Shown piece by piece: positions 20,976-31,040 of a DNA stretch of 64,000 nt. The translations under genes and the position numbers were made by a program. Numbering within the stretch: the first letter of the stretch is position 1; each line of letters opens with the position of its first letter. Location: IMG/VR virus record IMGVR_UViG_3300043443_000309; one strand, given 5' to 3'. The notes beneath the pieces were generated by a model. That model saw only the letters and a list, made by a program, of their open reading frames with translations, did not search any database and had not been told where the DNA came from. This stretch comes from an uncultured virus (IMG/VR IMGVR_UViG_3300043443_000309) (lineage: Duplodnaviria > Heunggongvirae > Uroviricota > Caudoviricetes).

Positions 20976-22561
20976 TGAGCCAAGTACTAACAAAACAAGA
21001 AACCCTAAAAGAAATAGTCAAATGCGGTAAAGATTCGGTCTATTTCATCAATAACTATTGCAAGATTTCGCATCCCCAAAAGGGTCTTATTCCGTTTGCC
21101 TTGTATGATTTCCAGAAAGAAGCAATCCAAGACTTTACGGATTATCGATTCAACATTGTTCTAAAAGCCAGACAATTAGGTTTCTCCACTGTAACGGCGG
21201 CCTACATTGCTTGGCTTTTGTTGTTTCATAGAGACAAGAACGTTCTAGTAGTAGCTACCAAGTTTACGGTTGCAGCTAACTTGGTAAAGAAAGTAAAGAA
21301 CATTATGCAGAATCTTCCCAAGTGGTTGAGGATTTCTGACATCAAAGCTGACAATAGAAGTTCATTCGAACTAACGAATGGATCTCAAGTAAAAGCTTCT
21401 TCAACCTCTGGCGATGCTGGTCGTTCAGAAGCCTTATCTTTGTTGGTTATTGACGAAGCTGCATTCGTTGAAGGACTTGACGAGCTATGGACCGGTTTGT
21501 ACCCTACCCTTTCTACTGGTGGTCGATGCATCGCATTATCAAGCCCCAACGGTGTCGGTAACTGGTTTCATAAGACCTATTCGGAAGCGGAAACAGGCAA
21601 GAATGACTTCCATCCAATTAGCTTGCCTTGGAATGTACACCCGGATCGTGATCAAGCTTGGTTCGAAAAAGAAACAAGAAACATGTCCGCACGCCAGATT
21701 GCACAAGAATTGGAATGTTCTTTCAATTCATCTGGTGATACAGTTATCCCTTCGGAGCAGCTAGCAAGGATCGATTCAGAGATAAGAGAGCCGGTATTCA
21801 GAACTGGCTTTGATCGTAATCTCTGGATGTGGGAGCAATACGATCCTACCGCAACTTATCTATTGGTTGCCGACGTTGCAAGAGGCGACGGTTCAGACTA
21901 TTCTGTTTTCCATCTTACAAAGTTGGAAACCATGGAAGTTATTGGAGAATACCAAGGTAAACCAACATTGGGAGAGTTTGCTTATGTCCTTTACAATACA
22001 GGTAAGGAATTTGGAAACTGCTTGCTTGTAGTAGAAAATAACTCTTTAGGTATTTCTGTACTTGAAAAGCTAAAGGAAATGGGTTATCCTAATGTATACC
22101 ATTCTACAAAAGGCACACACGATTTTGTTGATTCAACTGAATCGTTTGATACTGATAGGGTGGTAGCTGGTTTCACAACGTCATCGAAGACTAGACCTTT
22201 GATCGTTGCCAAGCTAGAAGAGTTTATTAGAAACAAATCTATCAAGACTTATTCAGCAAGGCTAGCATCAGAATTTAGAACCTTTATTTGGAATGATAAT
22301 CGCGCACAGGCAATGAGATCGTATCACGACGACCTAGTTATGTCATTGGCGATTACCTGCTGGGTCAAAGACACAGCGTTGACAGTAAACCAAAGAGAAA
22401 TAGAATACAAGAAAGCAATCGTTGATTCTATGTACTCAGCAAATAGCGTATTTGTTACTTCTATCCCCGGCATGAGAGGCCATAACGTAAATGGTTTCAA
22501 GCAAAGTACTTGGGACAGAGCAATGGAACAAAGAAATTTCAGTTGGTTGCTAAAAGGATAA
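20975..22561 (+). CDS. Terminase large subunit (T4 gp17-like)
   Basis: LYDFQ Q-motif, Walker A KARQLGFST, Walker B LLVIDEAAF, SSPNG, nuclease ADVARGDGSDYS and HDDLVMSLA. Confidence 0.95.
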   Translation: MSQVLTKQETLKEIVKCGKDSVYFINNYCKISHPQKGLIPFALYDFQKEAIQDFTDYRFNIVLKARQLGFSTVTAAYIAWLLLFHRDKNVLVVATKFTVAANLVKKVKNIMQNLPKWLRISDIKADNRSSFELTNGSQVKASSTSGDAGRSEALSLLVIDEAAFVEGLDELWTGLYPTLSTGGRCIALSSPNGVGNWFHKTYSEAETGKNDFHPISLPWNVHPDRDQAWFEKETRNMSARQIAQELECSFNSSGDTVIPSEQLARIDSEIREPVFRTGFDRNLWMWEQYDPTATYLLVADVARGDGSDYSVFHLTKLETMEVIGEYQGKPTLGEFAYVLYNTGKEFGNCLLVVENNSLGISVLEKLKEMGYPNVYHSTKGTHDFVDSTESFDTDRVVAGFTTSSKTRPLIVAKLEEFIRNKSIKTYSARLASEFRTFIWNDNRAQAMRSYHDDLVMSLAITCWVKDTALTVNQREIEYKKAIVDSMYSANSVFVTSIPGMRGHNVNGFKQSTWDRAMEQRNFSWLLKG

Positions 22562-22565
22562 GTAA

Positions 22566-24611
22566 ATGGCAAAACAAGATAAAAACCCAAGAGAAGCAAA
22601 TTCAGAGTTATTCCAGAGGCTTACAAAGCTTTTTTCTGGACCTCTGGTAAACTACAGAACTCAGTCTACTAGACGACTACGACGTTCGTTGATGGACAAG
22701 TACGCTTCACAATTCCGTTCTGCTTCAGGACAACAGTTCAAGCGTTCGCAATTCTATGCATTCTCAAACATGCAGAATGCTATTATGATCAATCACAATC
22801 GCTCCGAGCGTTATGTTGACTTTGATCAAATGGAATACACGCCAGAGATTGCTTCTGCGCTGGACATCTACGCAGATGAAATGACCACTCACTCGGCACT
22901 TCAACCAATGTTGAACATCAAGTGCCGTAATGAAGAAATAAAGGGCGTTCTACAATCGTTATACCATAACGTTCTAAACGCTAACTTCAACCTTTTTGGT
23001 TGGTGTCGTACCATGTGCAAGTATGGAGATTTCTTCCTATACCTTGACATTGATGATAAACAAGGTATTACAAGTGCTATTGGTCTTCCTCCACAGGAAG
23101 TTGAGCGTTTGGAAGGCGAAGATAAAACAAATCCAAACTATGTTCAATTCCAATGGAACTCTGCTGGTATGACTTTTGAGAATTGGCAGGTTGCACATTT
23201 CCGTATTCTTGGAAACGATAAGTATGCTCCTTATGGTACTTCTGTTCTTGAAGCGGCTCGTCGTATCTGGCGTCAGCTAACTCTACTTGAAGACGCAATG
23301 ATGGCTTACCGTATTGTCCGCGCTCCAGAACGCCGCGTATTCAAGATCGACGTTGGTGGTATTCCTCCCAACGAAGTGGAGCAATACGTTCAGAAAGTCA
23401 TTACTTCAATGAAGAGAAACACCATTCTCGATGATACAACTGGTCGCGTTGATCTTCGCTACAACCCATTGTCCGTCGAAGAAGATTACTACATTCCTGT
23501 TCGCGGTGGTTCTGCAACAGAAATCACCTCTTTAGCAGGTGGCACATTCACTGGCGACATTGACGACGTAAAGTACCTTCGTGATAAGCTATTCTCTGCC
23601 CTAAAGATCCCAGCATCTTACATTTCAAGGGCAGAAGGCGCAGAAGAGGACAAGACCACACTAGCACAGAAAGACATTCGTTTTGCTAGAACAATTCAGA
23701 GACTACAAAGAATTGTAGTATCAGAACTAGAAAAGATTGGTATTATCCATCTTTACACGATGGGTTTTAGAGGAGACGACCTACTAAACTTTTCACTAAG
23801 CCTAAACAACCCCTCTAAGATTGCTGAAATGCAAGAGCTAGAGCATTGGTCTACCAAGTTCGACGTTGCTAGCAAAGCAACAGAAGGATACTTCTCCCGT
23901 CGTTGGGTTGCCGAAAAGCTATTCAACATGTCCGAAGAAGAGTTCCTACGCAACCAACGCGAAATCTTCTATGATCGTAAGTTCGATGCTCAGATCAACG
24001 CTGTTGCTGAGAAGATGCAAGAAGAAGCTGCTGGTCTCGGTGGAGGCGGCGGCGGTGGTCTCGGAGCAGATCTCGGAGGCGGTCTCGGAGGCGGTGGTGA
24101 ATTGGGTGCCGATCTCGGCGGTGCTGAAGCTGGTGCTGAAGGCGGCGAAGCAGCCGCACCAGAAGCAGAAGCCGCTCCTGAAGCCGGTGCTGAAGAGCCT
24201 CTATTGGCCGCTCCCGGTGGTGCCCCGGCTCCCGAAGCAGGCGCAGAGGCTCCACTACAAGAAGACGAAGAGGGATGGTTCAGGATTGGACCACACGGTA
24301 GGAAACAATACCTCCGTCGTGGCCCAAGTGGTAAGACATACTACTATGGTCAAAAGCCCGGCGGTAGAAACAAAGGTTCTGTCGCCAGACAAAAGAACTT
24401 AGGTTCTATTGTACGTCCAGAAGCTCCGATGGGCAGAACCTCCAGAACCAGAACTCCCGGCGTAAAAGAATTGTTTGGATTAGCTTCTGGTAAAATCTAC
24501 GAAGGTTCTGCTACTACTTATCAAGAGGAAGAAGCAGAAGTCTTCCGAACCCAAAAAGAAGTAAATAGACTATTAGAATCACTGGAGAAAACAAATGCGT
24601 CTAAGACATAA
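22566..24611 (+). CDS. Portal protein (T4 gp20-like) with low-complexity C-terminal extension
   Basis: LLEDAMMAYRIVRAPERRVFKIDVG, EDYYIPVRG and DDVKYLRDKLFSALKIP are gp20 signature segments. Confidence 0.95.
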   Translation: MAKQDKNPREANSELFQRLTKLFSGPLVNYRTQSTRRLRRSLMDKYASQFRSASGQQFKRSQFYAFSNMQNAIMINHNRSERYVDFDQMEYTPEIASALDIYADEMTTHSALQPMLNIKCRNEEIKGVLQSLYHNVLNANFNLFGWCRTMCKYGDFFLYLDIDDKQGITSAIGLPPQEVERLEGEDKTNPNYVQFQWNSAGMTFENWQVAHFRILGNDKYAPYGTSVLEAARRIWRQLTLLEDAMMAYRIVRAPERRVFKIDVGGIPPNEVEQYVQKVITSMKRNTILDDTTGRVDLRYNPLSVEEDYYIPVRGGSATEITSLAGGTFTGDIDDVKYLRDKLFSALKIPASYISRAEGAEEDKTTLAQKDIRFARTIQRLQRIVVSELEKIGIIHLYTMGFRGDDLLNFSLSLNNPSKIAEMQELEHWSTKFDVASKATEGYFSRRWVAEKLFNMSEEEFLRNQREIFYDRKFDAQINAVAEKMQEEAAGLGGGGGGGLGADLGGGLGGGGELGADLGGAEAGAEGGEAAAPEAEAAPEAGAEEPLLAAPGGAPAPEAGAEAPLQEDEEGWFRIGPHGRKQYLRRGPSGKTYYYGQKPGGRNKGSVARQKNLGSIVRPEAPMGRTSRTRTPGVKELFGLASGKIYEGSATTYQEEEAEVFRTQKEVNRLLESLEKTNASKT

Positions 24612-25419
24612 TAAGAAAAGAAATACCGCTTTTCTTTACGAGCTACTGGTAAAGCAATACGCCATTGCTTCACTTCAAGAGAACAAGAAGCTATGCTCAG
24701 AGATAAAGGAAACTCTTGCCTCATTCTTCCGAGCAGGAAAGCCATTGGCAAACGAATTGGCATTATACAAGAATTTGTACGAGACCAACAGCATTGATGG
24801 TTTTACCGCTATGCGCTTGGTACAAGAAAGTTATAATGCCTATCAGAAGCTTGATGAAAAAGAACTATTCAATGAGCAAACAAAGTTGATTAACTGGATC
24901 AACAAGAACGTGGGACAAGATGCATTTGATACCTTTGTGCCAAACTATAAAACACTGGCTACAATCTCCCAGATTTTCGGTGGTGAAACCGATGTAAAAC
25001 AAAAGGTTATTCTGGAGCGTAAGCTTGTCGGTACTTTGATTGAAAGACCACAGCAACAAAAGAAAGCAGAACTACAACCGATTGATAATCTAGTGTATCG
25101 CACCGTTGTTCAAAACTTCAATAAGAAGTACAATGAAACACTAAACGAATCACAACGTAGACTTATTGAAAGCTATGTTATGTCCATCACAGACGGTGGC
25201 TTGCAGTTCCAAATGAGACTAAACGAAGAGATACAACGGATTAGGGAAACAATTACTACTTATAATAGTACAAACCCACAAACTTCACAAAAGCTCAATT
25301 CGGTCTTAGAATTGATAGAAACTTTTAGAAAAGCTCCTATCAACGAGCAAGTATTAGAGAAAGTCTTGAAGTTGCAGGCTCTTGCACAGGAGATAACCGA
25401 CAATGGCAATAACGATTAA
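24595..25419 (+). CDS. Hypothetical protein in head-gene cluster
   Basis: 274 aa ORF overlapping the portal stop; ACTACTTAT at 24513. Confidence 0.6.
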   Translation: MRLRHNKKRNTAFLYELLVKQYAIASLQENKKLCSEIKETLASFFRAGKPLANELALYKNLYETNSIDGFTAMRLVQESYNAYQKLDEKELFNEQTKLINWINKNVGQDAFDTFVPNYKTLATISQIFGGETDVKQKVILERKLVGTLIERPQQQKKAELQPIDNLVYRTVVQNFNKKYNETLNESQRRLIESYVMSITDGGLQFQMRLNEEIQRIRETITTYNSTNPQTSQKLNSVLELIETFRKAPINEQVLEKVLKLQALAQEITDNGNND

Positions 25420-25948
25420 GATTGGCTCCGCAGAACCAAAGAAAATCGAACCGAAAGAGATCATCAATTTAGAGATTGCAAAATCGCTAAACGATGATGT
25501 GATGATCTTTGATCATGCGGACATCTACATTGTTATCCAGCCAAAAGCTCAAAAGGTCGTTGCTTATGCTAAAGATGTAATGAGTGATTATGTCTATGGC
25601 GCACAAAATAGATTGTTTCATTATCTATCGAAGCGCGGCCTTGTTAGCCCAGAAAGTATTCAAGGCGGAAATGTATACTCTTCGATGGAAAGCAAATACT
25701 TGTCATCGGAGAAGTTTGATGTTATAAAGTTGTTACTTCTAAACATCTTTAGGTTTATTGAAGATGAAAGACCATACTTTGAATTTGTTGAATCTTACGA
25801 TGACATGATGACAGATCGCTTTACCGATCCAACTGATGAGGATTCAACAAGACTTGGCGAAGTTCCACAAGCTGCCAAGAAGGGAACTGTTGCAGGTTCG
25901 CCATTTACTTATGGTAATGCCTACTATTGGCAATCGTTTACATACTAA
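25403..25948 (+). CDS. Hypothetical protein
   Basis: 181 aa ORF with an AGGAG SD. Confidence 0.6.
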   Translation: MAITIKIGSAEPKKIEPKEIINLEIAKSLNDDVMIFDHADIYIVIQPKAQKVVAYAKDVMSDYVYGAQNRLFHYLSKRGLVSPESIQGGNVYSSMESKYLSSEKFDVIKLLLLNIFRFIEDERPYFEFVESYDDMMTDRFTDPTDEDSTRLGEVPQAAKKGTVAGSPFTYGNAYYWQSFTY

Positions 25949-25961
25949 TCAGGAGTAACAA

Positions 25962-26660
25962 ATGTCTTATAAACTTATTTTAGAAAGATGGAGTCGTTTT
26001 ATAAATGAAGCCGAAGAAACGAGAAAGAAGATTTTTGTTCTTGTTGGCCCTCCGTCTGTTGGAAAATCAACTTGGATACAAAATACTTTTACAGAAGAAC
26101 CTTATGTTATCAATCGTGATGACTTAGTAGAACAAGTTGCAAGTGAATACGGGTGGACTTACGATGACTTGTTCGTTGCCCCTCCACCAGACTCAGTAGA
26201 GGGCGAAGAAGATCCAAAATACGGTAAGGTTGTAAAATCTCCCTCATTCATGACTTGGCAACCTTTGTCTTACGATAAAGTGCTTGAAGCAAATAACAAA
26301 GTTCAAGCTTTATTCACGGATAGAGTTTCATCTGCTGTTCCTAGCGGAAAGGACATAGTTGTTGACATGACAAACATGAACGCTGGCGCTAGAAAAGGAG
26401 CCTTGAACGCAATAAGAGGCTCAGAAGATCAGTATGAAAAGATAGCAGTAGTTTTTAGCTTCGAAGGCGCAGAAGAAACAATAAAAGCAATAGCTGCGAA
26501 AAGAGCCGAAGCAGCAAAGAGAGCAGGTAAGTCGAAGACTATTCCTGCTGCTGCTTTTGACAGAATGTTCAAGTCTTTTCAGATGGTGTCAAAAGATGAA
26601 GGATTTGATCAAATTGTTTCCGTTGATAACAGAGAAATGTTGTCGAAACTATTAAACTAA
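25962..26660 (+). CDS. P-loop kinase (AAA_33 / polynucleotide-kinase-like)
   Basis: Walker A GPPSVGKST, INRDD, VVDMTN and an R...R lid. Confidence 0.8.
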   Translation: MSYKLILERWSRFINEAEETRKKIFVLVGPPSVGKSTWIQNTFTEEPYVINRDDLVEQVASEYGWTYDDLFVAPPPDSVEGEEDPKYGKVVKSPSFMTWQPLSYDKVLEANNKVQALFTDRVSSAVPSGKDIVVDMTNMNAGARKGALNAIRGSEDQYEKIAVVFSFEGAEETIKAIAAKRAEAAKRAGKSKTIPAAAFDRMFKSFQMVSKDEGFDQIVSVDNREMLSKLLN

Positions 26661-26670
26661 TGGAAGAAAA

Positions 26671-27003
26671 ATGCTACAGCTTACTTGGTTCGCTCTCTGC
26701 TCTTATGGTCTCACTTACCTTGTTGTTTATGCTTCTATCTTTAATGCTATAAGACCAACAAAAGAGTGGTTATACGGATTTGGAAAGTTATTTCATTGCC
26801 CGCTCTGCTTTGGGTTCCACGCGGGCTGGTTTTTATTTTTACTTTCTCCAAATACCGAACTATTTAGTTTTGACCAAACAATCACAAATTTCTTTATTTG
26901 CGGTTGGACTTCAGCGGGGACTTCATACCTACTTAGTATGTTAGTAAACGACGAAGGTTTACGGTTCTCTCATAAATCAAATGACAATAAAGGGGATAAA
27001 TAA
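26671..27003 (+). CDS. Membrane protein, DUF1360-like
   Basis: Hydrophobic segments with an LFHCPLCFGFHAG CxxC motif. Confidence 0.5.
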   Translation: MLQLTWFALCSYGLTYLVVYASIFNAIRPTKEWLYGFGKLFHCPLCFGFHAGWFLFLLSPNTELFSFDQTITNFFICGWTSAGTSYLLSMLVNDEGLRFSHKSNDNKGDK

Positions 27004-27575
27004 TGAAACTCACTGAAGCTCAACTAAAGGCTATTATTGCCGAAGAAGTACAAACCGCTATTGAAGAAGGTCTATTTGGTGCCATTGGTGGTGCTGCCAA
27101 GGGTCTTGCTGGTCTTGCCGGTAAAGCCGCTGGTGCCGTTGGTCGTGGAGCCTATGGCGCACTTGATAAGGGTCTCTCCGCAGGCGAGCGCGCCGTCCAC
27201 GCGGCGGGCGAGAAAATCGGTGCCGGTCTTGAAGCAGGCCGAGCCGCTGGCGCTGAAGTACTAGATACCGCTAGAATGGGTTCTCTTAAGGCAGACGTTA
27301 GCAAGACAGTAGGCGCTGCTAGGGCTACAATTCAGAAACTTCAAAAGCTCGCCAGCCGCGCACAAGGAAATAAGCAATTTATGGAATTGCTATCAGGTTT
27401 GGCCGGAGAATTCCAAGAACTAGCAAAAGCTTCTACTGCCGCCGCCCAAGAGGCCGGTAGTATGTCACAATTCCGTCGCGACTACTCCTCAGCCACCGCT
27501 GCTGGTGGATTGGAAGAGCAAATTGCTGAATCAATTGTCCGTCGTATTACCCAAGAAACCAAAAGAAGGAGGTGA
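27003..27575 (+). CDS. Gly/Ala-rich protein with MKLTEAQLKAIIAEE leader (putative internal head protein)
   Basis: Leader motif; late motifs at 26859 and 26929. Confidence 0.6.
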   Translation: MKLTEAQLKAIIAEEVQTAIEEGLFGAIGGAAKGLAGLAGKAAGAVGRGAYGALDKGLSAGERAVHAAGEKIGAGLEAGRAAGAEVLDTARMGSLKADVSKTVGAARATIQKLQKLASRAQGNKQFMELLSGLAGEFQELAKASTAAAQEAGSMSQFRRDYSSATAAGGLEEQIAESIVRRITQETKRRR

Positions 27576-27584
27576 GTTATGTGC

Positions 27585-27638
27585 ATGACTGCTAAGTGGA
27601 TGCTTCAGCCAGTTCGTCGCTGCTGCAACGGCAGCTAA
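27585..27638 (+). CDS. Putative 17-aa Cys-containing peptide MTAKWMLQPVRRCCNGS
   Basis: Strong SD AAGGAGGTGA at 27566-27575; in-frame ATGs at 27579 and 27585; followed by a hairpin and terminator. Confidence 0.4.
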   Translation: MTAKWMLQPVRRCCNGS

Positions 27639-27670
27639 CTCACGCGGGTCGCGCCCGCATTTCTTAGAAG

Positions 27671-27705
27671 GCCATCTTGTTTCGGCAAGGTGGCTTTTCT
27701 TTTTT
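27671..27705 (+). terminator. Intrinsic terminator
   Basis: gccatcttgt-TTCG-gcaaggtggc followed by a T-tract. Confidence 0.85.
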
Positions 27706-27717
27706 GATAAACAGACA

Positions 27718-27726
27718 ACTATTTAT
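27718..27726 (+). promoter_or_regulatory. Putative late promoter ACTATTTAT
   Basis: Between the terminator and the protease ATG. Confidence 0.7.
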
Positions 27727-27749
27727 CATGATAACCATAAAGGTAACTT

Positions 27750-28358
27750 ATGTCAAAACTACTACTCAAAGAGTTCTACGAACTTTGCCCAGACGGAATG
27801 TGTCTGGATGTGCTTACCGAATCAGAAAAGAGGGACATGTCTTCTGGCAAAGCACTGTATCTTGTCGGTAAGTGCCATGAGGCTGAAAGGCTAAATGGTA
27901 ATGGTCGTGTTTATCCATTCCCTATCCTAAAGCGCGAAGTAGACAACTACATGAATGTTGTTAGAGATCGTCGCGCTGTTGGAGAACTTGACCATCCAGA
28001 CGATTCGGTTGTCAACCTTAGAAACTCTTCTCACATGATGACAGATCTATGGTGGGATGGTAAAACTCTAATGGGTAAAGTAAAGGTTCTTTCAACCCCA
28101 TCCGGCCAGACACTAAGAGCTTTGGTTGAAGATGGTGTAAAGATTGGTATCTCTTCCCGTGGTTTAGGCTCTGTCTCCAATAGAGGTGGACAGACAATCG
28201 TAGAAGATGACTTCCAGCTTATCTGTTTTGACATTGTATCTGAGCCTTCTACTCCAAAAGCGTTCATGGAGAATGTAATGTATGAGGGAAAGAGAAATAA
28301 GGATAAACTACTTACTATTGATTCCATGTTGGATGATCTATTGGGGAGCAAAAAATGA
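27750..28358 (+). CDS. Prohead protease (T4 gp21-like)
   Basis: NGNGRVYP, GELDHP, SH, GISSRGLGS and FDIVSEPSTPKA motifs. Confidence 0.93.
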   Translation: MSKLLLKEFYELCPDGMCLDVLTESEKRDMSSGKALYLVGKCHEAERLNGNGRVYPFPILKREVDNYMNVVRDRRAVGELDHPDDSVVNLRNSSHMMTDLWWDGKTLMGKVKVLSTPSGQTLRALVEDGVKIGISSRGLGSVSNRGGQTIVEDDFQLICFDIVSEPSTPKAFMENVMYEGKRNKDKLLTIDSMLDDLLGSKK

Positions 28359-30598
28359 ATAAGATGACAGAATCTAAACGCTTAGTTCTAGAACAAAAAT
28401 ACAAGAAAGAATTAGGATCTTTGTTCGAAAAGGCAGTAAGACAAAAGATCTATACTGGTCGTATCGACGAAGGACTTTGGGATTCTATCAAGCATGGAAT
28501 GGCTAAGTTAACTTCTCTTAGAAAGTATCTTCCGAGCGCAAAAAGAGACGCTGCTGAAAAGCAAATCCAAGCTATTCTCGATAAAGCCGACAAAGCATCC
28601 AGTAAGGCGTTCTCAGAGCTTGGAAAGAAGCTGAAAGCCGCTGGGTACCCCAACCAAAAAGATCCTCAAGAGTTTTTGGCTCATACTTTAGAAATCGGGC
28701 AGATTTATGATAGTATCGTAGCATCTGTTGAAAAAGGTGAAACTGATCCAAAAGTTGCTAACGAAATGATCAAGGATCTTCGCAAGCTAGTACAGTACTA
28801 CATGGATTATGAACTAGAAAGCGTCTACAAGAGATTGGCAGAAGCTGAAGATCCGAGTGTCGCTGCTGAAGAAGGCGAAGCCGAAGGACCGTTAACTGGT
28901 GGTAAGAACACTATGTCGATGGAAGAGCTAAAGTCTACCTTAGCCCCCAAACTTCTTGGTTTAGGTGGTCTTGCAGGTATACTTGCCGGTGTACTTATGC
29001 ATTCTGATTGGTTCTATAGACTAATCATGAAGACTGAAATCATTGACATGCGCCAGTCAGTTCTAGACGAAGTTGACACTAGCATTAGCCAAGCTATTAC
29101 TGTTGGCCCCGGTGAAGGACCAACCCAAGCAATGGGTAGATGGTTCTTCAATGATCCAAATCACTATGGACCGAATGTACCATTTCAAGAGCTTTTAGAC
29201 GACATGAAAGAATTTGGTCTTTCTGACGAAGAACTAGCTTCTCTTGGTCGTGGTGGTCCTCAAGAACAAGCAAAATGGCTAGCTAATTGGAAGCAATTCC
29301 AGCAAAATGCAAACTTGTCTCTTGGCAAGGTCTTCGGCGCAGCAGGCCGTAAAGAAATCCCTTGGGATGTTGATCCAACTAAGATTGCTGACATTTCAAG
29401 AACTATTTCTACCACCGTAGTCAAGACTATTGGCGGTCGTGTTAAGAGAACAGCTTTAACGGGCATCGCCGCAACTATCGGCTCTAAAGCACTTGGAGCC
29501 GCTTCGGTGATACTACCAGCAGTTGGTATTGCATTGGTAGCTTCTGGTGCCGCTGTTTACTTCTTAAGAAAACATGGTTTAAAGCATTCTCGTCTTGCTA
29601 CCCTAGACGGACTACTTCAAAGAATGAATGATGTTGATGCATCTATGGTTAAATCGAAAGAAGGTATCGAGGGCACCCCAGAAGATACGGGAGCAGGCAC
29701 TGCAACAGATTCTGAAGGGAAGCCAAAAGCTTCCAAGACTGTTTATGTCTACAAAGCTGGTCCGCATGAATTCACTGGCGATACGGATTCCCTAACAAGC
29801 AAGTTGAGAGGTCTAGACCTTCCAAATTGGGCCGTTAGAGACATTACTAGCCGTATCAAGCAAGAGCTAGAAAACAAAGGCTTCGTTGTCAAAGAAAGCG
29901 TCGATGCTCAAGACTTGCTTGAAAAGAAGAAAAAGAAGAAGAGAAGCAATTTCGATAAGCCTGACATCACAAAGAAAGGTGGCGCTACTCGCTCAGCAGA
30001 GACTGCTAAGAAAGCAACAGAAGCAGTACCAGCAGCTATGGACCGCGATGTTGCTGGTCCCGGTGATAACAGAGGTAAGATTGCCCGTATGGTAATCGAG
30101 TTTGGTTCCGACACTACAGTTGTCAAGAACGGAAAGACACTCAGGTTCTCACGCAAGCAATTGTTCGATAACCCAGACGAGTTCATCGCCGCTCTATCTC
30201 CAGAAGAGAAGGCACTTCTAATGAGACTTCCAGAAGACCCTCAAAAGGAGCAATCTAAGTTTGACTTCTTCAAGATGAATACTGATCAACGTAAGGAACT
30301 TTACCTAAAAGTAAAACAAGGTAAAGTCAACTTTGAGAAAGAATTTAAGAATCAACCAAAAGCAAAAGAGATTACTACTGATACTTTCTACATGTCTGAT
30401 CTTCGCGACATTCTTGAAACTGGTCATACTAATCACGGCGAACAACCAATCAACCCAGATAAGATCCGTGCAGCCATGAAGACTATCGAATCCTATCTAA
30501 ACAAGTATCTATCAGAAGTTGGTGTTCAACTTCGCGAAGCTAGAGAACTTGATCGTTGGTCTGTTCTCGCTGGCATCAAAACAGTTTTGAGAGGTTGA
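28355..30598 (+). CDS. Large hypothetical protein, probably internal head/ejection protein
   Basis: 747 aa with two hydrophobic segments; C-terminal RWSVLAGIK similar to the scaffold C-terminus; ACTACTTAC at 28307. Confidence 0.5.
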   Translation: MNKMTESKRLVLEQKYKKELGSLFEKAVRQKIYTGRIDEGLWDSIKHGMAKLTSLRKYLPSAKRDAAEKQIQAILDKADKASSKAFSELGKKLKAAGYPNQKDPQEFLAHTLEIGQIYDSIVASVEKGETDPKVANEMIKDLRKLVQYYMDYELESVYKRLAEAEDPSVAAEEGEAEGPLTGGKNTMSMEELKSTLAPKLLGLGGLAGILAGVLMHSDWFYRLIMKTEIIDMRQSVLDEVDTSISQAITVGPGEGPTQAMGRWFFNDPNHYGPNVPFQELLDDMKEFGLSDEELASLGRGGPQEQAKWLANWKQFQQNANLSLGKVFGAAGRKEIPWDVDPTKIADISRTISTTVVKTIGGRVKRTALTGIAATIGSKALGAASVILPAVGIALVASGAAVYFLRKHGLKHSRLATLDGLLQRMNDVDASMVKSKEGIEGTPEDTGAGTATDSEGKPKASKTVYVYKAGPHEFTGDTDSLTSKLRGLDLPNWAVRDITSRIKQELENKGFVVKESVDAQDLLEKKKKKKRSNFDKPDITKKGGATRSAETAKKATEAVPAAMDRDVAGPGDNRGKIARMVIEFGSDTTVVKNGKTLRFSRKQLFDNPDEFIAALSPEEKALLMRLPEDPQKEQSKFDFFKMNTDQRKELYLKVKQGKVNFEKEFKNQPKAKEITTDTFYMSDLRDILETGHTNHGEQPINPDKIRAAMKTIESYLNKYLSEVGVQLREARELDRWSVLAGIKTVLRG

Positions 30599-30599
30599 T

Positions 30600-31025
30600 G
30601 TGAATCCGGCAGAACTAAAGAAATTACTAAAACCATTAGTAAAAGAACTAGTAAAAGAAACCGTACAAGAAGTCCTCATCAAAGAAGGGCTTCTTGCCAC
30701 GGTTGTGTCAGAGGTAGCCAAAGGAATGAATGGAACTGTAATAACAGAAGCTAAGAAACAAACTCCTGTTGTTAGAGGTCCATCAGAAGAACAAAAGCTA
30801 CAAGAACTAAAAAGACAAAAGAAGGAATTGCTAGATGCGATTGGTAAGGATTCTTTCAAGGGCGTTGACATCTTTGAAGGAGTTGATCCATACAGCATTC
30901 CACCAGAACCAACAGCAACCACACAGGGGTCTCCACTTTCTGGTATGGCTCCTAATGATTCTGGTGTGGACATTTCCTCTATTGTTGCTATGGGCGGAAA
31001 CGCTTGGAAGCAACTACTTAAGTAA
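30600..31025 (+). CDS. Hypothetical head-cluster protein
   Basis: GTG start after GAGGT; N-terminal ELKKLLKPLVKELVKE helix. Confidence 0.55.
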   Translation: MNPAELKKLLKPLVKELVKETVQEVLIKEGLLATVVSEVAKGMNGTVITEAKKQTPVVRGPSEEQKLQELKRQKKELLDAIGKDSFKGVDIFEGVDPYSIPPEPTATTQGSPLSGMAPNDSGVDISSIVAMGGNAWKQLLK

Positions 31026-31040
31026 GTAAGGAATAAATAA

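Noticed and set aside
15874..25400. TTAA avoidance
   Set aside because: Looks sparse locally but is common elsewhere in the window; cannot be supported without counts.
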